Of a stretch of 64,000 bases of DNA, positions 17,399-27,056 are shown piece by piece. The stretch's first letter is position 1. Each line of letters opens with the position of its first letter. This stretch comes from Bacteriovoracia bacterium (GTDB taxonomy: Bacteria; Bdellovibrionota; UBA1018; JBFWNL01), in NCBI GenBank assembly GCA_050251055.1, contig JBFWNL010000006.1, positions 128,001 to 192,000 on the forward strand, read 5' to 3'. A program made the translations under genes and the position numbers. Below the pieces are notes generated by a model, which was not told the origin of the DNA, did no database searches, and saw only the letters and a list, made by a program, of their open reading frames with translations.

Positions 17399-19225
17399 TC
17401 AGTACGAGACGCGCAACAGCCGCCGGTTTCCGTCGCTGGCGTAGCCTTGAAAGTAGAGGTACCGACTGTCGGCGTAAAATCTGGGCGCCGCGGCCACCAC
17501 ATCATGTCCTACGGATTGGCCGATCCCCAACCGTAAGGATTGCTTTCCATCCGTAAGGTGCAAGCGCACCAGGCCCACGCTGTCGGCGGCGGCAAAGAAC
17601 AGAAATCCGGCGAATGCCTGCAACGGGGCCCCGGTTACCAAGTCATTTGTGGAGGAGGTGTTCGAAACCTGGCGCACGGTCGTCCCGTCGTAAGAGTAGA
17701 GTTTTAGGTAGGTTCCGGTGGCTTCGTAGCCGATAAAAAAAAGATATCCGTTGGCGGCGGTGAGGCTAGTGATGTTGTCGGAAAGCGCCGAATTTTGGAC
17801 CAAGTCGACGATCTGTGACACGTGATCTCCATCATATCGGTAGAGCTTGACTGCTCCGGCGGCATTTGCCGCCGTAAAATAGACGCCGTTTCCGTACTCT
17901 ACGGGTTTGCTGGGTGAGTCAGCTGTAGCCGCCCCGGCGATGTCGGAAATCTGGGAAACCGATGTCCCATTCGTGCGAAACAGTTTCGTTTTCCCGGAAG
18001 CGTTGCGGCCCACGAAATAGACGTAGCTCCCGATGGCCGTCATTTTTGCCGCATCCACGCCGTCGTTTCCTGCGGATCCTGAATTAAAAACCAGCTCCAC
18101 GCTCGTACCGTCAGTCCGAAAGAGACGATTGGTGGTGGTGGCGTCACTGGCGACAAAGTATCCATAGTTTCCTAGTACCGCGAATCCTTGAGTCGAGATC
18201 GCGTCGCTAGCCGCTCCCGTGGTCGCCGATACTAGGTGAATACCGCTGCCGTCCGTTCGATAAAGGCGGGGCTGTCCGGCCCCTCCGTTATTGGCAGAAA
18301 AGTAAAGATTTCCCGCGAATTGCCCCAAGATGATGGGAAAATCCGTTCCGCCACCTACAATATTGGAAACTTGCTCTACTCCCGAGCCGGATATCTTGCG
18401 GAGCTTCGTCACCCCGGCGGAGACGGAGGCTCCCAGATAAATTCCTCCGGAAAACTCCGTGAGCGTATTGTAGATGTCGCTCGAGCCAGCTCCGAGGGCA
18501 TCGATTACATTGACGGGAGAAAGCCCATCCAAACGATACAGCTTGGAGTTGCCCATGGCGTTGGAGGCGCTGAAGTAATGGATGCCATCCACGGTAATCC
18601 TGGGAGAGGGCTCGTCGTTGGTATTGCCAGTGGTTGATCCGGTCGCCTCCACCACGAACTTACGTACCGGGATAGACACGAGGTCCACGACGTTTTGGCT
18701 TCCGTTTAGGCGAGATGTGAATCGAACCACCATATCCACCGAGCGGGAGATGTCCAGCGTGGATACAAAGAACGAAGGTAGACCGCAAATCCAGGATGCC
18801 GGTAAGTCACCCAGGAGCGAACAGTCATTGGTCGCGTCCGACTCGAGAGTGGCGTTAACGCTTACCTCGACTTCACGAGTGTCTGTTCCAAGTAAAGTGC
18901 TGGTCGTGCTGCCCGAAGCGGCCATCGTGCTCGAAACGGCGGCGGCGGCGGGAGAGGCAGTGCCCCCGCTGCCGGATGCGGCGGATCCCGATCCCGAGAC
19001 CACCATGGAGTTATTGCTGGTCGTCAGCAATGATACGGTGGCGGTACCGGCGTTTATGTTGTTCAAGGAGCTCACCACCAGTGGCGTTCCCGGAACCGCC
19101 GACGCATTTCGAGCGCCGAAACCCGGCCCGGTTATTTTGATCCCACAAGCGGTCCAGAAAGCCGTGACCCCAATCAGCGCGACGGTTCGTATGCGATGCG
19201 CGATTTTCAGCGAATTCACGGTCAT
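17399..19225 (-). CDS. Lipoprotein with ELWxxDGT-like beta-propeller repeats
   Basis: Lipobox-like FWTAC; repeated YFSA..(K/R)L(Y/F)RTDG(T/S) units; Ser/Thr/Ala-rich linker. Confidence 0.7.
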   Translation of the reverse strand: MTVNSLKIAHRIRTVALIGVTAFWTACGIKITGPGFGARNASAVPGTPLVVSSLNNINAGTATVSLLTTSNNSMVVSGSGSAASGSGGTASPAAAAVSSTMAASGSTTSTLLGTDTREVEVSVNATLESDATNDCSLLGDLPASWICGLPSFFVSTLDISRSVDMVVRFTSRLNGSQNVVDLVSIPVRKFVVEATGSTTGNTNDEPSPRITVDGIHYFSASNAMGNSKLYRLDGLSPVNVIDALGAGSSDIYNTLTEFSGGIYLGASVSAGVTKLRKISGSGVEQVSNIVGGGTDFPIILGQFAGNLYFSANNGGAGQPRLYRTDGSGIHLVSATTGAASDAISTQGFAVLGNYGYFVASDATTTNRLFRTDGTSVELVFNSGSAGNDGVDAAKMTAIGSYVYFVGRNASGKTKLFRTNGTSVSQISDIAGAATADSPSKPVEYGNGVYFTAANAAGAVKLYRYDGDHVSQIVDLVQNSALSDNITSLTAANGYLFFIGYEATGTYLKLYSYDGTTVRQVSNTSSTNDLVTGAPLQAFAGFLFFAAADSVGLVRLHLTDGKQSLRLGIGQSVGHDVVAAAPRFYADSRYLYFQGYASDGNRRLLRVSY

Positions 19226-19950
19226 GCGCCCTTTCGGATGCGTTCAACTAGGCGGTCTTTCTCCGCCTGGGAGAGCGCCTTGAAGATCGCGAATTTTCTG
19301 CGTAGATCGGACTTCTTTGATGGAGTAAATGCGACGTATCTCTGGTGGTTCAATCGGGTCTTTGCCCTTGTGACGGGCGTCAATTGTCGCCAGCGCTGAT
19401 TCGCTTGCACGATCGCGGCTTGCGCTTCTGGTGGACGTTGCGAAAAGTCGCGTTTCGCCCTCGGCAGGTCTACTTGTAGGGCTAGCCGCTGTTCCTGCTG
19501 ACGGGCTGCCTCGGCGGTCAACTCCGCCGCCACTTCTTCCAGACTGGTTTCTTCCCAATGTCCCGCCGGCGCGTCATCCGCTACCGCCTCGGGGAAGAAA
19601 TAAAACGGTGAGCGCTCCGATGCATTCCAGCGCTCCAGTACGTCTAAATAAAGATAGAACTCCATTTCGACCAAGACTTCTTGGTCCGCTAATGCCAGGG
19701 GATCTGACAGGACCGTTTGGGCTAAAGTGTCGTGAACCTCAGGAGTAGACTGAAGTTTCGTCTTGATCTGCCAAGCCATCACGATCGCTAACGCCGCCGC
19801 GCCGACTCCGATCATCTTCCAATTCGGAAAGGAGGGAAGCATGCGCCAAATCGACGTTTCGGCCCCCACGATTTCGGCCACCTGGCGGCGTACTTTCGCG
19901 TCGAGCCGTGACGGTGGGTTTTTTTCAAAATCATCTGACCATTTACTCAT
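19222..19950 (-). CDS. Putative anti-sigma factor (single TM; DUF3106-like C-terminus)
   Basis: Overlaps the ECF sigma stop; TM segment MIGVGAAALAIVMAW; helical repeats RWRQLTP, RYVAFTP and FKALSQ. Confidence 0.55.
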   Translation of the reverse strand: MSKWSDDFEKNPPSRLDAKVRRQVAEIVGAETSIWRMLPSFPNWKMIGVGAAALAIVMAWQIKTKLQSTPEVHDTLAQTVLSDPLALADQEVLVEMEFYLYLDVLERWNASERSPFYFFPEAVADDAPAGHWEETSLEEVAAELTAEAARQQEQRLALQVDLPRAKRDFSQRPPEAQAAIVQANQRWRQLTPVTRAKTRLNHQRYVAFTPSKKSDLRRKFAIFKALSQAEKDRLVERIRKGA

Positions 19951-20551
19951 CGCTTTCCCTTCCTAGGATTTCCGAAAGAGCTTTCCGAGCCCGAAACAGG
20001 GTAGACTTCGTGTTTGCCAACGAGAGTCCGTGGGAGTGGGCTAATTCTTCGTACGAACACTCTTCGGTCAGCCACTGAGTAATTACCAATCTTTGTCTTT
20101 CAGGTAGCTGCGTTAATGCATGCAGTACCCGGCTCAACTCGTGACGGCTGATCACGTCCGCTTCAAAGCTGGGTACGGTCAGCTCGACGGGAGTGGCGTA
20201 TTCTATTTTGTCTTCCTCCAAGCTCTCGCCTTCGATCTTTTCGTGATCACGGAAGTGCATATTCACGGCGTTTCTGGTGATCTGCAGCAGCCATCCGCGG
20301 AATTTATTCGGTCCCTTGTAGGTGCTGGCCTTGCGGGCCACTTGGGACCAGGTTACTTGAAATAGATCGTCGGCTAGGTCGGAACGTTTGCCGAGCATGC
20401 GGTGTAAATACCCGTACACAAGTCGCTTATAGCGGCCATATAGTTCGTCAAAAGCCGCCATTTGGCCTTTCACTAGTGAATCCACTAGCTCGTCGTCACT
20501 GGCTGCTTTGGAATGATCTGAGGGCCGCATCGCCACCCAGTTTACCTGCAT
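19943..20551 (-). CDS. ECF RNA polymerase sigma factor
   Basis: AFDELYGRY, ADDLFQVTW, FRGWLLQITRN, LPERQR, SYEELA and KSTLFRAR motifs; start uncertain (20551 or 20530). Confidence 0.9.
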   Translation of the reverse strand: MQVNWVAMRPSDHSKAASDDELVDSLVKGQMAAFDELYGRYKRLVYGYLHRMLGKRSDLADDLFQVTWSQVARKASTYKGPNKFRGWLLQITRNAVNMHFRDHEKIEGESLEEDKIEYATPVELTVPSFEADVISRHELSRVLHALTQLPERQRLVITQWLTEECSYEELAHSHGLSLANTKSTLFRARKALSEILGRESDE

Positions 20552-20681
20552 TTCTAGAGCAAACAACGTCCCTAACGTAAGCGCTCCTTCGTAACTATAG
20601 ATGCGTGCGAGAGACAAAAGTTGCAACGCGGGGGTGGGAGGAGGCGTGCCGCCAGGCGCTGGCCATACTTTATTGATATTA

Positions 20682-21719
20682 TTACTTAATAGTCGCTTTT
20701 GGGTCGGTCAGGTAATGCGCGTACCGAGAAAGGAACCGCCCCTCGTCGGGCACTGCTTTCACAAACCACTCGTAGGACGCCCGAAGCTTTGGCTTAGCCA
20801 AGTTCACCGCCGCGTTCATTTCGGTCAGCAAGGATTTCTCTTCGTTGGTTACGGGTTTTCGGGTCAAGCGCGCCAGCTCGTCCAGTTTGGCGGGAAGGGC
20901 GGCCATGCGCTCGACGAGACCGACGAGGGGCTGGAGGCGGGATAGGAACCCCAGGCGAGAGCCTTTCATACCGTCCGCGCAAATCCCCAGAAAAGCGGCG
21001 CCGTTTTCCACCAGGTAACGATAAACGTCCATTTCCTCGCCATCGCGGTGGGGAAGGTACTTTAGCTGGACGAGATTCGTTTTCATTTCGAGTAGATTCC
21101 ACTCCCGTTCTTCGTCGGCGGTCCAATCGCGCTTTTCGGCGATTTCGCCCAGCTGGGTTTGGCGCGTGGAGATCGGTTCCAGGCTTGCGAACCAGCGGTC
21201 GTATTCTTGATCGAGCCGGTGGAAGGCGACGGGATTTCTTGCCCGGTGAATCAGATAGTGAATGAACTCGTGCACGAGCGATTCCCGCAGCGACACCGCG
21301 AAAACCAGCAGGATGGGGTAAGGACGCACGAGCTTAGGCAGGGATTCGTTCGGCTGAAACGCGTTGTCTGGACGGAGAAATATTCCGGAAATAGATTGCG
21401 TCTCGTCCGATCGGTAAGATTCGCAGTACGCTTTCAGGGTTTCCTGATCGGGCTCAAGCGCGTTGATTCCGTTAAATTCGGGATTGTTTCCTTCTTTGTA
21501 CTGACGGAAGGATTCTGGCCCGGGCTCGCAGATGAATGTCCGCACCTGATAGCGCTCGCGGATCGTGCGCGCGAAGGCAAGACTGCTGAGCCCGCCCAGC
21601 TCTTTCATCTCTTTTTTTGAAATCGGGGTTTGAGTCCAGAGGGTGACCGTGTCCTCGGGTCCCGCCTGGACGAGGGGGGCGAATAAGATAAGAGTCAGAA
21701 TAAATCGAGTTGGACTCAA
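20682..21719 (-). CDS. Secreted protein with an HExxH motif (putative zinc metalloprotease)
   Basis: GGAGG RBS with TTG start; signal peptide; LVHEFIHYL with a downstream GEE. Confidence 0.55.
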   Translation of the reverse strand: MSPTRFILTLILFAPLVQAGPEDTVTLWTQTPISKKEMKELGGLSSLAFARTIRERYQVRTFICEPGPESFRQYKEGNNPEFNGINALEPDQETLKAYCESYRSDETQSISGIFLRPDNAFQPNESLPKLVRPYPILLVFAVSLRESLVHEFIHYLIHRARNPVAFHRLDQEYDRWFASLEPISTRQTQLGEIAEKRDWTADEEREWNLLEMKTNLVQLKYLPHRDGEEMDVYRYLVENGAAFLGICADGMKGSRLGFLSRLQPLVGLVERMAALPAKLDELARLTRKPVTNEEKSLLTEMNAAVNLAKPKLRASYEWFVKAVPDEGRFLSRYAHYLTDPKATIK

Positions 21720-21874
21720 AAAGCCTCCAAAAATCAGCTTCTTATCTTACATTTGTGTAATTTAGTCAAGAATTAAGGTCACCCCTTAAAACCCAGCCGA
21801 ACCGGGTAGTTGAGGTGGGTACCCGCGATCGTTCGCTAGTCCAACGCGGGTATCGCTGTTAGCGTAGGGGCTCT

Positions 21875-22237
21875 ATGATGCGAGCCTGGATTTTAATCGG
21901 ATGGGTGTTTTTCGTGCAGACGGCCGGGGCTAAGCCTAAGTCGGGACGATTCCAGATTTACGGGCAGTATGCGGTTTTGGAGTTTGCGGGTGCGCAGGGC
22001 GATATCGACATCTGTCGAAAAATCGATGTGGAGTCCGAGCGGAAAATTCTCCAGGAAAGGACCTGTCCGACGAAGACATCTTCCTGCGGGAGCAATGACG
22101 GCGTTCCCTGTCGAGCGTGCGCGATCAAAAAAGGTCCCAAGGGTAGAAGACTCCTCGTGTTCAAGTACGAGACCGATTGCGAGCGGGAGCGTGAGACCCA
22201 AGGCGTGAATAAGCAGGTAGCGGAGGATGCGGAGTAG
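21875..22237 (+). CDS. Small secreted Cys-rich hypothetical protein
   Basis: Signal-like N-terminus and six cysteines. Confidence 0.5.
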   Translation: MMRAWILIGWVFFVQTAGAKPKSGRFQIYGQYAVLEFAGAQGDIDICRKIDVESERKILQERTCPTKTSSCGSNDGVPCRACAIKKGPKGRRLLVFKYETDCERERETQGVNKQVAEDAE

Positions 22238-22449
22238 CCGTCACGTGGGGCCGTTTATGTTACCCGTGTAACGCTTGGGGCTCAACCCGTGGACGTCGGG
22301 ATTGTTTCCGCGATAGTTAAGTAAAGCTTTTCAAACCGTGAACGTTTGTGCGCGCTTACCACCTTCGTTTAGACCGATCTTTTGATCCGGGCGTCCGGCG
22401 GGCGTAACCTGGATCTTGGGATTGGGTCACCTTGATCTAAGGGGAAAAA

Positions 22450-24570
22450 ATGAAGGCTAATATTTTACGAAAAGCGGCGCCGCTCGCGTGGATCTTGGTA
22501 ATATCGTCGATAGTTACGGTGGATGGAGTGGATGCGCGACCCTTCCGGTCGCCCGCGCGGGAAGGGGGGCCGCGCGAGACGGGGTCCCCCCAGGACTCCG
22601 TCGCCGAATGCGCCGATGGTATCGACAATGACGGCGATGGCCTGGTCGATTGGCAGCAGGACCTGGGCTGTACCGATGCCAACGATACCGAAGGTAGCCT
22701 CAGTTACGCCGTGAAGAATGGGTGGACGGTCGCGGCCCCCTCGGCTGACTCCCGAATCATTTACGTGAGCTCTTCGGGTGGCAACGATAGCAATTCCGGC
22801 CTTACGCCCGCGATGGCTAAGCGGACGATCGCAGCGGGTTTGGCGCTTTTGCGTTCCGGTTATCCCGATTGGCTTCTCCTAAAGCGCGGTGACGTGTTCA
22901 GTTCCCAGAGTATCCGTTTTCGAATCAATGGACGCTCCCCGAGTGAGCGGCTCGTGCTAAGCTCTTACGGCAGCTCAATCGTGCGTCCCCAGCTCGTGGG
23001 TTCCAACGAGGTCATTAGCTTCGACTCCGGAACGCGAAACATATTCATCTCCGGCCTGCGCGTTTCCTCGTCCGTCGTCCATCCAACGAGCGAGACCTAT
23101 GGCATTCGCATCCTCGGCACGGCCCAATCTCATATCGAATTCCAAGATATGTACGTAGAAAAGTTCGAGGAGAATTTTTCGATCCAAACCTATCCCAGCA
23201 ATGGCACGCGGATTTCGAATATCGTCTTGCGTCGGAACGTGATTGCCGACGCCGCCGCAAACTACTGGAAGGCGCAAGGGATATACATCCAGAGCGTCGA
23301 CGGCATCGATATGATCGAGAACATTTTCGAACACAACGGCTGGCTGGCCGCCAACGAGACGCCCACCACGCCCGGGTCGTCCCAGGCCCCTACGGTCGGG
23401 CCGAACATCTACAAACACAATGTTTATGTGCAGGGGGATGGGGGTTTGCTCGATAGCAGTTCCGTAAAATTCTTGCGTAACATCGTCACGGGAACCGATG
23501 GAGCGCAGTTCCGTTCCGGCGGGATCGTCGAAGATAATCTCTTCGTTCGCAATGCCACTAACCTCTATCACAGCCGCGGCGGCCCCGGTGACAACAAGAT
23601 CATTCGCAACGTCGTGCTCGAAGGCCGCACCATGTTCGCCGATTACCCGTATAATCGATCCTGGGGGCCTAAGATTGATGGAGGATCGGGGTTGGAAGTG
23701 ATTGAAAATATCGTCGCTTATGATCAGAGCACGGCCCAGTACGCTAGCTTCGCGTTCGATTTCGACGGAAATTCGGGGGTGGCTACGCGGAACATCTCGT
23801 ACAAGTGGTCGCCGGAATCACCGCTGCAAAGTGGCTCCTACGGCGGGCTTACCGCATCGGGTAACCAGCTGAATGCCGCCGTTTCGGATCCGAACCGGCG
23901 TATCCAGCATTACATGGCTTTCGTCGGCGCCATGCCCGCGAGCTACGACGGATTTGTGGCCGCCTTGAGAACCATGCAACGCTTCAACTGGAGCCCGGCT
24001 TACATGGCGCCCGCGGTGATTGACTTCGTACGCGCGGGGTTTGGATTAAGCTCGGGCATGCCGCCGGTGGTTTCGTTGGCGGTGGTCAGTTCACGGGCGG
24101 ACGAAGCAAGTCCTGGTTCAGTGAAGGGGCGGATCCGGTTCACGCGCTCGACGAGCGCGGGTAACCTCGGCATCCAATTCTCCCTTCAGGGGAATGCGGT
24201 TGCCGGCGTGGATTTCGTCGCCCTCGCGGGCCCGATCGTGATCCCGGACGGCCAGACTTTCGTGGAGCGCGAGATCGTGGCTATCAACGATACGGCAGTG
24301 GAGCGTACGGAGCATGTCACCATCGTATTAACGCCGTCGGCGGAGTATGCCGTGAACGGCGCCGCCGCGTCGGGTACGGTAGCCATCGTCGATAACGACG
24401 GCTGTCCTGGCGATCTCGATCGTAACGGTAACCTGAACGCGAACGACTTCCAATCCATGACTAACGCTTACGCCCACAAGCTTCCTATGGCGGATATCGA
24501 CGCTAGCGGTACCTTCACCGCGAATGATTTCACCGCATTCTTGTCGGCTTATGCGGTCGGCTGCCCATAG
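22450..24570 (+). CDS. Secreted parallel beta-helix protein with Calx-beta and GC-type dockerin domains
   Basis: ECADGIDNDGDGLVD motif; IYVSSSGGNDSNSG and pectate-lyase-like repeats; IPDGQT..INDTAVE..IVDND Calx-beta; C-terminal CPGDLDRNG..ANDF..ADIDASG..ANDF..AYAVGCP. Confidence 0.75.
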   Translation: MKANILRKAAPLAWILVISSIVTVDGVDARPFRSPAREGGPRETGSPQDSVAECADGIDNDGDGLVDWQQDLGCTDANDTEGSLSYAVKNGWTVAAPSADSRIIYVSSSGGNDSNSGLTPAMAKRTIAAGLALLRSGYPDWLLLKRGDVFSSQSIRFRINGRSPSERLVLSSYGSSIVRPQLVGSNEVISFDSGTRNIFISGLRVSSSVVHPTSETYGIRILGTAQSHIEFQDMYVEKFEENFSIQTYPSNGTRISNIVLRRNVIADAAANYWKAQGIYIQSVDGIDMIENIFEHNGWLAANETPTTPGSSQAPTVGPNIYKHNVYVQGDGGLLDSSSVKFLRNIVTGTDGAQFRSGGIVEDNLFVRNATNLYHSRGGPGDNKIIRNVVLEGRTMFADYPYNRSWGPKIDGGSGLEVIENIVAYDQSTAQYASFAFDFDGNSGVATRNISYKWSPESPLQSGSYGGLTASGNQLNAAVSDPNRRIQHYMAFVGAMPASYDGFVAALRTMQRFNWSPAYMAPAVIDFVRAGFGLSSGMPPVVSLAVVSSRADEASPGSVKGRIRFTRSTSAGNLGIQFSLQGNAVAGVDFVALAGPIVIPDGQTFVEREIVAINDTAVERTEHVTIVLTPSAEYAVNGAAASGTVAIVDNDGCPGDLDRNGNLNANDFQSMTNAYAHKLPMADIDASGTFTANDFTAFLSAYAVGCP

Positions 24571-24707
24571 ACGAGGGGGCCGCATCCTCGGGCGGCTCAT
24601 TGTGGCCGAAACGAAACGAATTCGCGGCTTCGCTCGTAAGGCCTGTTGCGCGGCGTTAGGTGGGCCGTTTCGTTTCCACTATTCTTCGTAGGAAAGCCTG
24701 CGGATAG

Positions 24708-25817
24708 TTGTTAACTTTATTGCTTGTGAGGAAACGCTTTCGGCAAATCGTCATCTTATTCGTTTCATTCTCCTCGCTGGGCGCCTTTTCGGGGTGCTCC
24801 GCCGTCTTTCACCGTTCAACCACGCTTCATCGGTATCTGGTGGCTTGCCAACGGTCCGACTACTGCCAGCGTTTCAAGATCGATAAGCATACGGGCGCGT
24901 TGAGTGGTTTCGAGGATCCGTTTCATCTGCTGGACGGGGCTTATCACTATCCATTCTTCGTGCCCAACACGGATCTGATCGCGTACAGCGGATACTCCAG
25001 CCAATCGATCATCTTGTCGCGGATCAATTCGACGACCGACGAGCAAACCACGGTGTCCACGACCGCGGTCTCCGGAAATCCGCGCTCCATCGCGTTTAGC
25101 CCCGAACTCGCATTGGCGTTCGTGGCGTCCTCGACGGGAGTCAACAGTGTGCAAGTATTCACGTTCGACGCGGCGGCGGGTAGATTGACCGCCGTATCCT
25201 CCGTGGCCACTGCATCGACCAATGCCCACCTGGCCGTGCACCCTAGCGGAAGGTTTGTTTTTTCCGGGAGCTACGATAACGGGGCCGTGCGGGCGTTTTC
25301 GGTCGATGGCGCGAGCGGGACTCTCGTGCAGGTGGGCGCCGACTTGACGCCCGCATCCCGTTCCGTCGAAATCGCTTTGTCCAGAAACGGTGAGTATCTG
25401 GTTTCCACGAGCCTCACGGGGTTGCATGTATTTTCCATCAACGCGGGTACCGGGGCGCTGCAGCTTCAGTTTAGTAGCGCGGCACTGGGCACCGTATTAG
25501 GCCGAGCGATCTTCGTCGGTTCGGGGGATGAGATGGTTGTCACCGACCCGGGTACGAACCAGGTTCATCTCGTTCGGCTCGACTTTTCGGCCCGTACGGT
25601 GACTTCCCTGAGTTCGATTTCGATCGCGGGCTTGGGTGCGCGGGCGGCAGCCGCAGGAGTCGGCAATGTTGCCTACGTGAATTCGGGGGCGACCTCGGAG
25701 ATCATCATCCTCGATTGGAGCGAGGCGAATCCGCAGCTGGTGGAGACAGGAAGAGTGACCAGCTTCTCCGTCGTGGAAGCCCTCGAGGCGGGACGCATTT
25801 CGGTTTCGGCTAACTAG
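24708..25817 (+). CDS. Lactonase-family (Pgl/YkgB-like) beta-propeller lipoprotein
   Basis: Lipobox FSGC; repeats FKIDKHTGAL, HPSGRFVF, FSVDGASGTL and FSINAGTGAL. Confidence 0.7.
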   Translation: MLTLLLVRKRFRQIVILFVSFSSLGAFSGCSAVFHRSTTLHRYLVACQRSDYCQRFKIDKHTGALSGFEDPFHLLDGAYHYPFFVPNTDLIAYSGYSSQSIILSRINSTTDEQTTVSTTAVSGNPRSIAFSPELALAFVASSTGVNSVQVFTFDAAAGRLTAVSSVATASTNAHLAVHPSGRFVFSGSYDNGAVRAFSVDGASGTLVQVGADLTPASRSVEIALSRNGEYLVSTSLTGLHVFSINAGTGALQLQFSSAALGTVLGRAIFVGSGDEMVVTDPGTNQVHLVRLDFSARTVTSLSSISIAGLGARAAAAGVGNVAYVNSGATSEIIILDWSEANPQLVETGRVTSFSVVEALEAGRISVSAN

Positions 25818-25839
25818 CGTCAATCCGCTGGTTAGTTAT

Positions 25840-26748
25840 TTAAAACCCATCATAGCGCCGAAATACGTAGGCGGAGTTAACGAAATCAATCGCGTCGGCT
25901 TCGACTTCCTCACCGTAGAGCAGACCGATTTCATCGCACCAAAAGGTAGCGACGAATTCACCCGAAGGAGGGAGCTTTTCCCCGCAGTCGGTGCTTAATT
26001 TATCGAGGGGCACAGAGGCAAGGTAAAGCTTGCCCGGATTTTTTCTTTCCTTGTCCCTGGCGAAGGCGTTGGCCACGCCGGGGTCGAATGAAAATGAAAC
26101 CACGGAGTCCAGGCTGGAGGGCTTACCTTTTCGATCGACATAAGCGATTTCGCTTCCTGCGAGGTGAATTTGAAGCAAGGCGGCCGCATAGGGAATTCCG
26201 GGAGCGCCGCGATTTTCCTTGGCTGGACTGGGATCAATGCGTGAGTTGGCATCGAGCGCGTCGTAGACCCAGTATTTTTTATTTTCTAGATAATAGTACG
26301 GGTCACCGTCGGAAATGTAGGCGAACGGACGCATTTTTTGGATGAGTTTCTGGAGGGCGGCGTGCGCGTCCGCCAGCTTGCAGCCTTTACATACGGGGTG
26401 TTCGCCGGAAGTCACGGTGCGGGCGAAGCCCGATACCGCGGGCCAGTCATATGCGGATTTTTCGCCGCGAAATAGAACTACCCGACTGGGGTCGCAGGGC
26501 TCCCCAGGGTCGCTTACCTCGCATTCGTTCAGATAGCGGGAGCGTTCGGGAAGCCGGGCGTCCTTTTTCGCTTGGAGATTCTCTTTCCACTTCAGCAAGC
26601 GTGTTTCCGTCACCTCGCCACGGTCGGCGGCTTGCCACTTTTGAGAGATTTCCGCGATCCAGGCCCTATCCGCCGTGAAGTCCGCGGCAACGGCTGCCGA
26701 CGCAAGCAGCAGAGGTAACCACGACCATGAAAACACGGCTAAGCGCAT
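25840..26748 (-). CDS. Secreted protein with an R-S-E ADP-ribosyltransferase-like motif set
   Basis: Signal peptide; VLFRG, VVSFSFDPGVANAFA and GEEVEAD motifs. Confidence 0.55.
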   Translation of the reverse strand: MRLAVFSWSWLPLLLASAAVAADFTADRAWIAEISQKWQAADRGEVTETRLLKWKENLQAKKDARLPERSRYLNECEVSDPGEPCDPSRVVLFRGEKSAYDWPAVSGFARTVTSGEHPVCKGCKLADAHAALQKLIQKMRPFAYISDGDPYYYLENKKYWVYDALDANSRIDPSPAKENRGAPGIPYAAALLQIHLAGSEIAYVDRKGKPSSLDSVVSFSFDPGVANAFARDKERKNPGKLYLASVPLDKLSTDCGEKLPPSGEFVATFWCDEIGLLYGEEVEADAIDFVNSAYVFRRYDGF

Positions 26749-26770
26749 GCGCGGAACCCTTAATCGATAA

Positions 26771-27043
26771 TCAAGTGCGCTTAATGAGGTGAAATCCGAA
26801 CTGCGTGCGCACCGGGCCCGACACTTCGCCGGGCTGCAGCGCGAAGGCCGCGGTCTCGAACTCCTTCACCATCTGGCCTTTGCCGAAGGTGCCGAGCGCC
26901 CCCCCGTTTCTTCCGGAGGGACACTTGGAAAACGTCTTGGCTAAGGCCTCGAAAGCTTCGCCCGCTTCCAGCTTCTTCAGCAGGTCTTGGGCTTCGAATT
27001 CTTTCTCCACCAGGATGTGGCTAGCGCTTACGGTCGATGACAT
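26771..27043 (-). CDS. ppiC: Parvulin-type peptidyl-prolyl isomerase
   Basis: ASHILV, SKCPSG, GGALG, GQMVKEFE and TQFGFHLI motifs; AGGAGG RBS before MSSTV. Confidence 0.93.
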   Translation of the reverse strand: MSSTVSASHILVEKEFEAQDLLKKLEAGEAFEALAKTFSKCPSGRNGGALGTFGKGQMVKEFETAAFALQPGEVSGPVRTQFGFHLIKRT

Positions 27044-27056
27044 GGGGATCGCCTCC

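Noticed and set aside
24608-24676. 11-bp inverted repeat GAAACGAAACG/CGTTTCGTTTC with a 47-nt loop
   Set aside because: No U-tail and no recognisable riboswitch consensus; too little support to call
7588-26750. Prophage or one large genomic island after tRNA-Pro
   Set aside because: No integrase, phage structural or transfer genes, and I saw no distal att copy beyond 8803; better described as an accessory-rich region
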